From Anaerolineales bacterium (GTDB lineage: Bacteria > Chloroflexota > Anaerolineae > Anaerolineales > UBA11858), in contig JANQED010000133.1 in assembly GCA_028278545.1 (NCBI GenBank), positions 20,934 through 84,933 of the forward strand: 64,000 nucleotides of DNA, in the 5' to 3' direction. Each line of letters opens with the position of its first letter. The first letter of the stretch is position 1. Both the position numbers and the translations under genes were made by a program. The notes beneath the pieces are model-generated. The model saw only the letters and a program-made list of their open reading frames with translations, was not told the origin of the DNA and did not search any database. Of this stretch, positions 1 to 8,879 are shown piece after piece.

Positions 1-1
1 G

Positions 2-325
2 TGGAGAGAAGATTGTGGTGAAGGGCCAATTGTAAGACCCTATCCTGGGTTAGAACAATTTCCAGGAAATTATTTAAATGTTGGTGAATACGATAGAGGA
101 AAGAATTTGAGTTTAGATGATATGGGAATTGCGGATTATTTTGGGGGATGGCATTACGAAGCTGTATGGACTAAATATGAAAACGACGAAAGCCGCAGGG
201 CGTTCCGTTTCTGTGGTGGCTATAATGTCAATGATGCAAATGGAACCAATTGGAATGCGGGCTACCCAAGTAAAAATTGCTCTGGAGGCCTTGATAGTAA
301 GTGGTGGAAGCGTCCGCAATATTAG
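2..325 (+). CDS. hypothetical protein, C-terminal fragment (frame open to the left window edge; ORF track shows it only from an internal TTG at 107)
   Basis: Frame 2 has no stop from nt 2 to TAG 323-325 (WREDCGEGPIVRPYPG...NCSGGLDSKWWKRPQY*). It is Trp/Gly/Asn/Cys-rich and I recognise no family. A hand count of line 121-180 gives 40% GC, below most of the window. Confidence 0.35.
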   Translation, partial: WREDCGEGPIVRPYPGLEQFPGNYLNVGEYDRGKNLSLDDMGIADYFGGWHYEAVWTKYENDESRRAFRFCGGYNVNDANGTNWNAGYPSKNCSGGLDSKWWKRPQY

Positions 326-426
326 TTCACAACCAAATTAACGAAAATAATACACATCAGGCAAAGACCCCAGCGGAATAAACTGCACCCAATAGACGAG
401 ACACAAAAAGAAAGACCCCGAAGTAG

Positions 427-1236
427 TTAGGAAGACAGGCACCTGGTTTGATAAGGTGTCTGTCTTGTTTTCAATTGTATCCTTTCGTAGTTGTAGAAGC
501 AAACATAATCATCGATGATTTCTTGCGCCTGTTGAAAAGACGGCGTTTTCAAATGGCGCAAGGCTTCTTCTTTCAAGTGCCCGAAGAAGTTTTCCATAGG
601 GGCATTGTCCCAACAATTGCCACGCCGAGACATGGATGGGGTTATGTGATATTCTTGAGTTAGGACAAAATACGCTTGGGAAGTGTACTGATGTCCTTGG
701 TCACTGTGGATGAGCAGTCCATCAGTGACCTTTTCTTTGAGTTTGGCTTGCTTGAGAGTATCCGTCACAAGACGAACAGAATTCTCACGTCCAAGCTGAT
801 GAGCAACAATGAACCCATCAAACAAGTCCTTGATTGTAGATAGGTAAGCCCAGCCTTGCTTCGTGAGAATGTAGGTAATATCAGTGACCCATTTCTGATT
901 GGGTTTGGTGGCGCTAAAATCACGATCCAGGATATTCTCGTAGCGATGGTAGATATCTAATTGGCTCATTTTCTTGTAGGGCTTGCGCCTTCTAGCTATG
1001 GAGCGGATGTGCATCTTATTCATTAGACGCAATACGGCTTTGTGGTTGATAGAAATGCCCTTGTGTTGCTCGATCCACAAGGTGATTCGGCGATAACCGT
1101 AAGTTTTGCGTGACTTTTCCCAGGCTTCTTGAACCAATCTCATACGCTCAGTATCCTTATCCGGCTGACTAATGCGCTTGAGCCAGGCATAATATGCAGC
1201 TCGCGAGATACCGAAGAATTTGCACATGGCTTTCAC
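427..1236 (-). CDS. IS3-family transposase OrfB (DDE/rve catalytic part), probably made as an OrfAB fusion by -1 frameshifting
   Basis: DDE triad contexts WVTDITYI, IHSDQGHQYTS and NAPMENFFGHLKEE. My hand translation shows this frame stays open upstream from 1236 to the slippery site at 1320 (KKVSYRIAKGNAREAQYRVIYHYREEYEVKAMCKFF...). Confidence 0.85.
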   Translation of the reverse strand: MKAMCKFFGISRAAYYAWLKRISQPDKDTERMRLVQEAWEKSRKTYGYRRITLWIEQHKGISINHKAVLRLMNKMHIRSIARRRKPYKKMSQLDIYHRYENILDRDFSATKPNQKWVTDITYILTKQGWAYLSTIKDLFDGFIVAHQLGRENSVRLVTDTLKQAKLKEKVTDGLLIHSDQGHQYTSQAYFVLTQEYHITPSMSRRGNCWDNAPMENFFGHLKEEALRHLKTPSFQQAQEIIDDYVCFYNYERIQLKTRQTPYQTRCLSS

Positions 1237-1580
1237 TTCGTATTCTTCTCGGTAGTGATAGATAACCCGATATTGCGCTTCGCGAGCATTTCCTTTCGCA
1301 ATTCGGTATGATACTTTTTTAGCAGAGCATTCTCCATTCGCAGTCGCTCTAGCTCAGATTGTTCACTCTCCGGTTGTTTGAGCGGACGCCCAATCGGCTT
1401 ATTAAAGGCTTCGATTCCTTCACGACGATATTGACGCACCCATATTTTTACTCGCCCTTTACTGCGAAGTTGTAACGCTGCCGTGATTTCTGCTCTTGTC
1501 ATCCCTTCTTCAAAAAACATGCGCACGGCTTCCAGCTTGACTTCCTTCGGATAATGTTTCATCCCTTTTTTGCCAGCCAT
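1233..1580 (-). CDS. IS3-family transposase OrfA (HTH DNA-binding part)
   Basis: 115 aa. N-terminus MAGKKGMKHYPKEVKLEAVRMFFEEGMTRAEI is typical of IS3/IS150 OrfA. C-terminus is coiled-coil-like (LERLRMENALLKKYHTEL). GGAGG-type SD upstream. Confidence 0.85.
   Translation of the reverse strand: MAGKKGMKHYPKEVKLEAVRMFFEEGMTRAEITAALQLRSKGRVKIWVRQYRREGIEAFNKPIGRPLKQPESEQSELERLRMENALLKKYHTELRKEMLAKRNIGLSITTEKNTK
1314..1320 (-). promoter_or_regulatory. programmed -1 ribosomal frameshift heptamer A-AAA-AAG
   Basis: On the minus strand, orfA codons read CTA AAA AAG TAT (L K K Y), which puts A AAA AAG in the zero frame. A -1 slip enters the orfB frame, which is open from here. Confidence 0.75.
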
Positions 1581-1687
1581 AGAGAAAGCACCTCCTGTTT
1601 CTTTATTCTCTCACAGGGGGTGCTTTCTTTTCGTGTCTATTTTTCTGGGGTCTGTTCAAGTGGCCGGGGCTTAGCTCGCTTTGGATT

Positions 1688-2440
1688 CTACTTCACCTGT
1701 TTGAAATAAATGATGATCGTGCTCTTCTCACATTCCTGATAAGTATCAAAGTAGATCTGGTCAGACATTGGCAATCCCGCCTGGTCTAGAAGCTGAACCC
1801 ACAGAGAACGAGAGGACGCAGTAGGTTCTTTTACGATGTCCGTCAAATCGAACTCGTATCCCGCGGGGCCGTATTTCGCGGCGATACCTGATACCGTCAC
1901 CTTTTCGACATCTTGACCCGCTAATTGCCCGCCCAATTTTACGACGACACCAGTCACCGGCGCGCCGTTCAAGCTGAGCACCTGACCACCTACGCCCATC
2001 CAGTTGCAGCCCAACTCGGCGTGATAGAGGTTGGGTATGTATTGGGGATTACCATCGTGGAGCACAAAGGGCATATCGCTCTCTTCAACGACTTCCACGG
2101 TCTCGGTGGCCGTCGCCTCAGTAATCGGCGCAAGGGTCGCTGTTGGCTCTGGGGTGTCGGTGATGGTAGGAACCAGGGTATCGGTTGGAGTGAGCGTCCA
2201 GGTGGGCGGCAACACCTGCCTCGGTGTGGGGGTTGGCGTATCTAACTCCATTGCCACAGGCATCGTCGGAGGCGGAAATGGGTTGATGCCTGCATTCGGG
2301 TTCACGAAGATCGTCAGAAACACCACACCAATACAAAGCGCCACTACCATGACGCTTATCGTCAAGATATTCCACACTAAATTGGTGCGATCTGGCGATT
2401 CACCTTCTTCATCAATATAATCAAAAACATCCTTGTCCAT
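1688..2440 (-). CDS. hypothetical membrane-anchored protein with Thr/Pro-rich linker
   Basis: 250 aa. One N-terminal TM helix (LVWNILTISVMVVALCIGVVFLTIFV), then a TPTPTP-type linker and a globular C-terminal domain. No family recognised. Confidence 0.6.
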   Translation of the reverse strand: MDKDVFDYIDEEGESPDRTNLVWNILTISVMVVALCIGVVFLTIFVNPNAGINPFPPPTMPVAMELDTPTPTPRQVLPPTWTLTPTDTLVPTITDTPEPTATLAPITEATATETVEVVEESDMPFVLHDGNPQYIPNLYHAELGCNWMGVGGQVLSLNGAPVTGVVVKLGGQLAGQDVEKVTVSGIAAKYGPAGYEFDLTDIVKEPTASSRSLWVQLLDQAGLPMSDQIYFDTYQECEKSTIIIYFKQVK

Positions 2441-2470
2441 ATTTCTCTCCCATTCAACAGGGGTTGGAGG

Positions 2471-3382
2471 TTATGGCGAGTAAATCACAACATCACTTTG
2501 AGCTCGACGATCCAGCAACCATTGTTCAAGAGCTTGAGATTGCACCGCCCGGTATGTATTGGGGTTTAGCGGGTGGGCAGATTCACGCTCAATGACCTGG
2601 ACGATATGAAAACCGAGCACCGTTTCAATAATGCTGCTGTATTCTCCGGGTGAGAGGCTAAAAATCACCTCGTCCAGTTCTGGAACTGTGAGATAGCCCC
2701 GCGGGAACCAGCCCAAATCTCCTTTTAGCAGCGGATCATACTGTTCGGCCAGCGTCTCGAAATCCGCGCCGGCTTCCAATTGGTTAAAAACATCATCCGC
2801 TTCTTCAGAATTATATAGCAAAATCTGGCGGGCGTGCACTTGCTCGGCTTCTTTGGGTACTTTGGTGACGATGTCGTCACGTATCCAAGCGGCAGCGATT
2901 GAGCGCGCCAAGGCGCTTCTGAATCTTTCATCACTATAGTCATGTGTCTCCAGCCAATCCTGCAAAGCCTGCTCACCGACGTCCAATTGCTCAATCCGGC
3001 TTTGCAGCATGGCTTCATCGACCACAAATCCAGCCTCGGCAGCAGCCTGAGCCAATAAGAGTTGGTCGATCATATCTTGAAGGACGAACTCTTCCTCTTC
3101 TGTTGCCAAATCTGTGCCAACTGCGGCGCGGTAACGCGCCAACTCAGCCTGATACTCAACTTCCGAAATCCCTTCACCGTTAACCTGTGCAGCCCATTCG
3201 ACAGGAGTCACTGAAGGCTCAAGAGGGGCTGGCGTATCTGTTTCCATCTGCGCAGGAGCAGCTTGGGGAGTATGCAGAGCATCTTCAGCGATATCCGTCG
3301 GCTCAGGTTGACATCCAAAGAGCATGCACGAAATCAAAGACCCCAAAAGCATGACGAAATGCAGATTCTTGGCTTTGAACAT
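2471..3382 (-). CDS. PpiC/parvulin-type peptidyl-prolyl cis-trans isomerase, lipoprotein (PrsA/SurA-like)
   Basis: Parvulin core ILLYNSEEADDVFNQLEAGADFETLAEQYD...GDLGWFPRGYLTVPELDEVIFSLSPGEYSSIIETVLGFHIVQV. Lipobox LFGC. I prefer the ATG at 3382 over the TTG at 3391. Confidence 0.8.
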   Translation of the reverse strand: MFKAKNLHFVMLLGSLISCMLFGCQPEPTDIAEDALHTPQAAPAQMETDTPAPLEPSVTPVEWAAQVNGEGISEVEYQAELARYRAAVGTDLATEEEEFVLQDMIDQLLLAQAAAEAGFVVDEAMLQSRIEQLDVGEQALQDWLETHDYSDERFRSALARSIAAAWIRDDIVTKVPKEAEQVHARQILLYNSEEADDVFNQLEAGADFETLAEQYDPLLKGDLGWFPRGYLTVPELDEVIFSLSPGEYSSIIETVLGFHIVQVIERESAHPLNPNTYRAVQSQALEQWLLDRRAQSDVVIYSP

Positions 3383-3515
3383 TGCCACCAATTATACTGG
3401 CAACCGTCCTGAGAGAGAAGCAATCCGGTAATGCTTGAGGCCCCGGGGTAAAAGTTGTTTCCATTTACGAAGCAGTTATAATTAAGCAGCAATCCTCTCT
3501 ATCAAGGAATGAACT

Positions 3516-4124
3516 ATGCAATCCAACCAGCGATTGATCCGCACATTAAGATCGTCTAACGCCTCTCTCAAAGAGGAAATCAGGGAATTGCACGCCGAAA
3601 ACCGAAAATTGCGCCAGATCATCGACGCACTCAATACGTTGCAATACCACATTGATGCCATCTCAGCGGAAACTGACGTACTGAGCCTGATCAGCAGCAT
3701 CCTTTCTGCCGCGCTCGAAGCCGTTAACTCAGAGAACGGTTCGCTGATGATCTTGCGCCCCAGAGATAACCAACTGATCTTCGTCGATGTATTGGGTCAA
3801 AGCCGTGATCAGTTGCTTGGTTTCAGCATGCCCGCGAACCAGGGCATCGCCGGTTGGGTGCTCGCCAACAAAAGCCCGATCCTGATCCCCGATGTGCGCA
3901 AGGACAAGCGCTGGTCTCCAGAAATCGATGAGACTACCGGTTTCCATACCGCCTCTCTCCTGGGGGTACCGCTTTATGACAACGAACGTCCCCTGGGGGT
4001 GATCGAAGCGGTCAACACTCGCACGGGGGAACCCTTTCAAGAGGACGATCTGGATATCTTGATACTCGTTGGCCGTCTGGCAACTCTGGCGCTGGTACGC
4101 GCAGAAGAGGCCGCAACAGATTAG
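3516..4124 (+). CDS. GAF domain-containing protein with N-terminal coiled coil
   Basis: 202 aa. GAF-like core GSLMILRPRDNQLIFVDVLG...GIAGWVLANKSPILIPDV...SLLGVPLYDNERPLGVIEAVN. N-terminal heptad-like segment. Confidence 0.7.
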   Translation: MQSNQRLIRTLRSSNASLKEEIRELHAENRKLRQIIDALNTLQYHIDAISAETDVLSLISSILSAALEAVNSENGSLMILRPRDNQLIFVDVLGQSRDQLLGFSMPANQGIAGWVLANKSPILIPDVRKDKRWSPEIDETTGFHTASLLGVPLYDNERPLGVIEAVNTRTGEPFQEDDLDILILVGRLATLALVRAEEAATD

Positions 4125-4267
4125 CACACCACGCTCAAACGGGACTATTAGGGGATTGTTTTAAGGTTTGTGTGTGCTAGAATAAACTCGACTAAATGGT
4201 CTGGGGAACAAATATATTCTCAATACCGCCCTTCGATTTGCCCAGCACGAGGTTAGGAGGCACTCAC

Positions 4268-5371
4268 ATGGCTACTCGACGACTATTAATAGGCGCTTTC
4301 TTCATTCTCACCATCTCTGTTTTCATTTCTGGCTGCGAAATGCCGACAGCACCGTCGGGAACGATGGTCTGGCTGGATGTGCCAGTGGATGGTATCACCG
4401 TTCCAGAAGGTGAAAGGCTTCACATCGAGGGACACGCCTCAAGCCCCGAGGGTGTGGACAAAATCGAAATCTGGATCAACGGGGAGTTGCTGTTCGAGGT
4501 AGAAAATCCCAGCACCGAAGACATGCTGTCGGACTTCTCGCAAGAATGGACACCTCCAGGCCCAGGCGAGTACACCATTCAGGTGCTGGCGCTCGGTGGA
4601 GATGGTTCCACCAGTGAACCAGACAACGCCCGAATCCAGGTTGGTGAGCCGGTTGCCGAAGTACAGCCCGCCCCCGAAGAAGAATCCCCCCCTCAGGAAG
4701 AGATTACCGACACGCCAACCCCGAGTATCACGCCAACCCCTTCGCCTACGCCCACTTCTCCGCCAGATGTGGTCATCGATTTCTGGGCTGATCCAGGCGA
4801 GATCAACGCTGGGGATCTCTTCACCGTCTTCTGGCATGTGGAAAATGTCCAAACTGTCATCTTTGGCGGTGCAGAGCAGGCCTTCGATGGCTCCTACTCC
4901 GATTTCCTGTGCCAGGATCAACGTTATACCCTGACTGTGATCCACAATGACGGTACAGAAGAAAAACGCTCGGTGGATATCAGCGTTCTGGGCACCTGCG
5001 CCACCGCCACCTTCACTCCCACATCCACATTCACCCCTGAGCCCGCCGATACCACCGGGCCACCCGCCCCCAACCAGCTCAAGCCGATCAACGGCAGTGA
5101 CATGGGCTGCGTGGGGAGCGTAATGATGCGCTGGGAAGCCGTTTCAGACCCCAGCGGCATCGCCGAATACCAGGTTGAAGTGCAGCGACATCCCGGTGAT
5201 AACAACTGGGGCGGTGCCGGGGGTAGCCCTTTCACCGGCATCGGTGGGACTGAGAAAGAAATCTCGGTGGAATGCGGCTGGGAATACCGCTGGCGGGTGA
5301 GGGCCATAGATGGCGAAGGCAATGTGGGTAATTGGTCTGGCTGGTTCACCTTCAACATTCCTCTAACCTGA
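4268..5371 (+). CDS. secreted lipoprotein with Ig-like N-terminal module, Thr/Pro linkers and FN3-like C-terminal domain
   Basis: AGGAGG 4255-4260, then ATG 4268 (MATRRLLIGAFFILTISVFISGC, lipobox). Ig-like module ...VDKIEIWINGELLFEV.... C-terminus is FN3-like (WEAVSDPSGIAEYQVEV...WRWRVRAIDGEGNVGNWSGW). Confidence 0.65.
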   Translation: MATRRLLIGAFFILTISVFISGCEMPTAPSGTMVWLDVPVDGITVPEGERLHIEGHASSPEGVDKIEIWINGELLFEVENPSTEDMLSDFSQEWTPPGPGEYTIQVLALGGDGSTSEPDNARIQVGEPVAEVQPAPEEESPPQEEITDTPTPSITPTPSPTPTSPPDVVIDFWADPGEINAGDLFTVFWHVENVQTVIFGGAEQAFDGSYSDFLCQDQRYTLTVIHNDGTEEKRSVDISVLGTCATATFTPTSTFTPEPADTTGPPAPNQLKPINGSDMGCVGSVMMRWEAVSDPSGIAEYQVEVQRHPGDNNWGGAGGSPFTGIGGTEKEISVECGWEYRWRVRAIDGEGNVGNWSGWFTFNIPLT

Positions 5372-5388
5372 CCTGGGAGGGCATCAAA

Positions 5389-8300
5389 ATGAAAAAATCA
5401 AATATCCGATTGGGTATCGCGCTGGGTGCATTAATCCTGGTTGGTATCTGCGTCGTCATTGCCATTCTGATGTACTTCCCCAAGCGGGTGCAGGCGGTTT
5501 ACTCACGCCCATTAGTGCTGATTCACAACCCGGTCAATAACGACCAGGTCGCCGTGGGTGAGGGGATCATCATCCACACAACAGCCCGCAACGAGAAAGG
5601 CATTACCCGCATGGAATTATGGGTGGATGGCGAACTCGTCAACATCAAGGAGGCTCCCCAAGGTGAAGCAAGCAACCCCCTGGTGCTGACTACCGACTGG
5701 CAGCCCAGGACCCTCGGTAAGCATATCTTGCTGGCGCGCGCCCTCTCCACGGACGATGTCTATGGGCAATCAAGCGTCACTATCGAAGCGGTGGAGGTTG
5801 AGACATCACTAACCAACTACACTGTGGAAGAAGGGGACACTCTCGAATCAATTGCCGAAGAGTACGGCGTCAGCGAGGAAGAACTGGCTGAACTCAACCC
5901 TGAAATGCCCTCAGAGGGGCCAGCTCCCGGCGACACGCTGGATGTGCCCGCAGGAGGTGGCCCGGGAGAACCATCCGAACCTGAAGAAGCGAGGGAAGCG
6001 CCCCCGGCTGACGAACCTTCCACAGACGAACCCGCGCCAGTGCCAGACGACGCTGCCCCTGGAGCATCTCTCGGGATGCTCGAATTCTTCTTTGGGCTTG
6101 ACCTGGCCGATCTGTTCGGTGGGGGAGCCGACACGCCGCTCACCTTACACATGGAAATCCTCGGGTTCGAGACCAACCAGGCATATGAAGATACCAACTG
6201 CTACGTCTCATTGGCCGATGGCCCCTGGGATATCAGCGACATGCGAAGCGCTTCAAACACCTTTTTCTGGCCTGACGATCAGCCGCTGCCCTTCGACGCA
6301 GCCTGCGTCGGCATCGCCGCGGGCGGTACCGACTCGCTCGATTTAGGCCGTGTAGCCATGCGCATACCGCCCGAAGCCTGGGACGGCGTCGTTCATCGTA
6401 TCACTAGCATCGGCGGCGAAGGAAGTTTCAGCATCGACTATCGCATCAGCGAGGAAGATCTGGTGGAAAAAGATCCCGACCCCGATATGACGCCCCCAAC
6501 CAACGTGCGGCTGGATGAACGCCGCAATTCCCTGCGCTGGGACTATTTCCCTGCCGAGGATGAAGCTCCCATCGATGGGTTCCGCATATACTTGAACGAC
6601 AATCTGCAATGGACTGAACCCGCCGATTCTTGGGAGAGCGGTCTGCCCTATGAGTGGTTCCACCCGATCTGCGGCTCGCGCTACGAGTTCAATGTCACAG
6701 CGTACCGGCATACCACCGAAGATATCGCCGAATCATACCCGGCGGAAGTCCCCGCCACTGTTGCCACCCCCCTCGAAGGCTGCAACCGCGAAGTGCAGGT
6801 TACCTTCCTGTCACTGGAAACCTTCGACCTGGGTGGAGATGGCAGTCGCGAAGAACGCACCGGCGACGTCGGTCCGCCCTACGGCTATTTCTACGCCAAC
6901 GAACGCCAGGTTACCTTCGATGCGCGCGGTTCAGATAGTTATTGGGCCGGATTGGATATCCCCTACGGCCTGAGTCATAACAGTACGTACGACCTGCTCG
7001 CATCATGGGGAGATCCCGGTTGGGGTTTCAGTGGGATGCCCTCCATCATCGTTGATCTGCCCCCAGGGGGAACCTTCGAGTTTGGCTATCACATCATGGA
7101 TGAAGACACCGGCCGCTGCCGCGACTCCGATGACCGCGGCTGTGATGACTTAATCTGTGAAGGGTTGTCCATGATCCGAGGTTATGAGGATTCCCACTAC
7201 TTTGATGAATGGCACGAGGGCACTTTCACCTCGGAGAATGGGCGCTGCCAGGTTACCTACCGGCTTGGGCCAGCCTCTGGCAGCCCGGTTGGCTCCGGCG
7301 TCGAGGGTTGGGAACCGCTGCCGTGGATTCAAATCGAGGAGATCGACATCGACGCAACCACCCGCCAGGTGCAGATTCAAGTCCGCAATACCGGCACGGC
7401 TACCTGGCCCTGGCGAGATTTAGACGTAGAACTGCGAACTCGCGCCGGCGAATCGATTGCCATCCACACCTGGCCTGAGTTCGTCCTGGAAAGCGGGCAG
7501 CGCACTGTGCTCGAACTCCCATTCCTTCTCGACCCGCCATACGATGCCTGCGTGTTGATCGATCCCTTTGACCGCGTCGTAGAGGAATACGAGCGTTCTG
7601 GAGCACTGTCCCACCAACCTGTCTGCCCTATCTTGCCAGACTTAACCATCACAGACGTTCATTACGATGCCCTTGGCGGCGGGCGACTGCGAGTTACTGT
7701 GCAGAACCTCGGCGATGGAACGGTCGAGAATCGCTCCATCGCACTGGAAACCCTCTTGCCAGATGGCAGTTCAGCCTATCTGGGCGGTTCCTGGCCGAAT
7801 GTCACCCTGGAGCCGCGGGCAACGCGCACCTTTGATCTGATTGGCGTCAACGAATCGGCCCGTGAGCGATTGAGCGGCGGCTACACCGTCGTCGTCAATC
7901 CCGATTTCACTGTCCCAGAATCCAACCCCGACAATAATACTTACGATGTGAACCGCTCAGCCCAACTGCAGCTCTTCTGGTGTAACAGAAACATCCCCCA
8001 CGTAACCGGATTGACCAGCGCGGCGCGCATGTATTTCAGAGCCAGCGTTGTGGCCGGCGAATCTTCCGAAGAGGTACTGGATACCAGTTGGTCTCACCGC
8101 TTGAGCGGCCAAGAGGTCATTTGGGGATACACCCACAATGAGAATGGATTCCCCAGCACCTGGTATCGTTGCGAGGGAGTTTCGGACGTCTTCGAGATCC
8201 TGGGAGATGAGTACCTGCAAGTCAACTTCCGTGCCACATACCGGGTAGGGAACTACGGCGACTTCGAGAATGTCGGCTCGGCCAGTTACAGCTACGGCCC

Positions 8301-8457
8301 TGAAAGTAATTGGGGCGCAGGGACGATGGCACCAGAGGGCGACTTTACGGATTGTATTGATAGCGACGGGGATCATTCGGTTGCCGCCGCTGCCAGGTTG
8401 GGACTCAACCGGTTCACCTGGCATACCCGCTTCCTAGTCTGTGAGATCACACCCTAA
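5389..8457 (+). CDS. large membrane-anchored surface protein: Ig-like module, LysM domain, acidic/Pro-rich linker, FN3-like and CARDB-like domains
   Basis: GGGAGG 5375-5380, then ATG 5389 (MKKSNIRLGIALGALILVGICVVIAILMYF). LysM motif YTVEEGDTLESIAEEYGVSEEELAELNP. CARDB-like segments DLTITDVHYDALGGGRLRVTVQNLGDG and QVQIQVRNTGTATWPW. Confidence 0.65.
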   Translation: MKKSNIRLGIALGALILVGICVVIAILMYFPKRVQAVYSRPLVLIHNPVNNDQVAVGEGIIIHTTARNEKGITRMELWVDGELVNIKEAPQGEASNPLVLTTDWQPRTLGKHILLARALSTDDVYGQSSVTIEAVEVETSLTNYTVEEGDTLESIAEEYGVSEEELAELNPEMPSEGPAPGDTLDVPAGGGPGEPSEPEEAREAPPADEPSTDEPAPVPDDAAPGASLGMLEFFFGLDLADLFGGGADTPLTLHMEILGFETNQAYEDTNCYVSLADGPWDISDMRSASNTFFWPDDQPLPFDAACVGIAAGGTDSLDLGRVAMRIPPEAWDGVVHRITSIGGEGSFSIDYRISEEDLVEKDPDPDMTPPTNVRLDERRNSLRWDYFPAEDEAPIDGFRIYLNDNLQWTEPADSWESGLPYEWFHPICGSRYEFNVTAYRHTTEDIAESYPAEVPATVATPLEGCNREVQVTFLSLETFDLGGDGSREERTGDVGPPYGYFYANERQVTFDARGSDSYWAGLDIPYGLSHNSTYDLLASWGDPGWGFSGMPSIIVDLPPGGTFEFGYHIMDEDTGRCRDSDDRGCDDLICEGLSMIRGYEDSHYFDEWHEGTFTSENGRCQVTYRLGPASGSPVGSGVEGWEPLPWIQIEEIDIDATTRQVQIQVRNTGTATWPWRDLDVELRTRAGESIAIHTWPEFVLESGQRTVLELPFLLDPPYDACVLIDPFDRVVEEYERSGALSHQPVCPILPDLTITDVHYDALGGGRLRVTVQNLGDGTVENRSIALETLLPDGSSAYLGGSWPNVTLEPRATRTFDLIGVNESARERLSGGYTVVVNPDFTVPESNPDNNTYDVNRSAQLQLFWCNRNIPHVTGLTSAARMYFRASVVAGESSEEVLDTSWSHRLSGQEVIWGYTHNENGFPSTWYRCEGVSDVFEILGDEYLQVNFRATYRVGNYGDFENVGSASYSYGPESNWGAGTMAPEGDFTDCIDSDGDHSVAAAARLGLNRFTWHTRFLVCEITP

Positions 8458-8524
8458 ACATCGTCCACCCAGGTGACAGATGCTTGCTGAGTGCAACGCA
8501 TCTGTCACCTGCCTCAACTGGCAC

Positions 8525-8552
8525 TTGACAGGGACGCTGTTTCGCAGATAAT
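8525..8552 (+). promoter_or_regulatory. candidate sigma70-type promoter of the pheS leader
   Basis: TTGACA 8525-8530, 16-nt spacer, GATAAT 8547-8552. It lies after a hairpin (8472-8511) that follows the preceding gene. Confidence 0.5.
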
Positions 8553-8558
8553 AGGCCC

Positions 8559-8879
8559 AACAGCGAAAAATCCTACCCGAAAGGCTGCGACGGAGAAAAG
8601 TACGTCGGCGGAAGCTTACAGAGAGGCGCCGGACACAGGCTGAAACCCCCGCCAGGTGAAAACCGACCGAAGTTCCCTCCCGAGCCGCTCAGGGGAACAT
8701 GTAGGGCAAGAGAGCATCTTGTCCCACCAGTAGTCTGAGCCGTGACCCTAACGTTACATGGGGAACTGATCGCCTGATAGCACGGGCCGTCAGCACCAAA
8801 GTGGGCCGCCAGCGCGGCCAAGAAGGGTGGTACCGCGGGAAACGATCCCGTCCCTTGAGAGGGAGGGACGTTTTTGTTT
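8559..8879 (+). promoter_or_regulatory. T-box riboswitch leader, Phe-specific (UUC), controlling pheS-orf-pheT
   Basis: Stem I elements GCGACGGAGAAAAGUA (8587-8602), an AGAGAG bulge (8620-8625) and a GGCUGAAA distal loop. Candidate specifier UUC is at 8673-8675, 6 nt before GAGC. T-box core GGGTGGTACCGCG is at 8825-8837 with a UGGU bulge. A terminator follows. Confidence 0.8.
8849..8879 (+). terminator. intrinsic terminator of the Phe T-box leader
   Basis: Stem CGTCCCT (8849-8855) / AGGGACG (8864-8870) followed by TTTTTGTTT. The 5' arm overlaps the region that would form the T-box antiterminator. Confidence 0.75.

Larger units (their letters stand above)
360..1658 (-). mobile_element. IS3-family (IS150-group-like) insertion sequence, apparently intact; ends approximate
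   Basis: OrfA/OrfB pair in the -1 frame relationship. Imperfect terminal inverted repeats: left AGACCCCAG (365-373) plus AATAGACGAGACACAAAAAGAAAG (391-414), versus the reverse complement of 1623-1658, TGAACAGACCCCAGAAAAATAGACACGAAAAGAAAG. Length of about 1.3 kb is typical of IS3. Target-site duplication not resolved. Confidence 0.8.

Noticed and set aside
8573-8821. 82-aa minus-strand ORF in the pheS upstream region
   Set aside because: It lies entirely inside the Phe T-box leader on the opposite strand, has no SD and has an Ala/Gly/Pro/Ser-skewed composition typical of GC-rich antisense frames.
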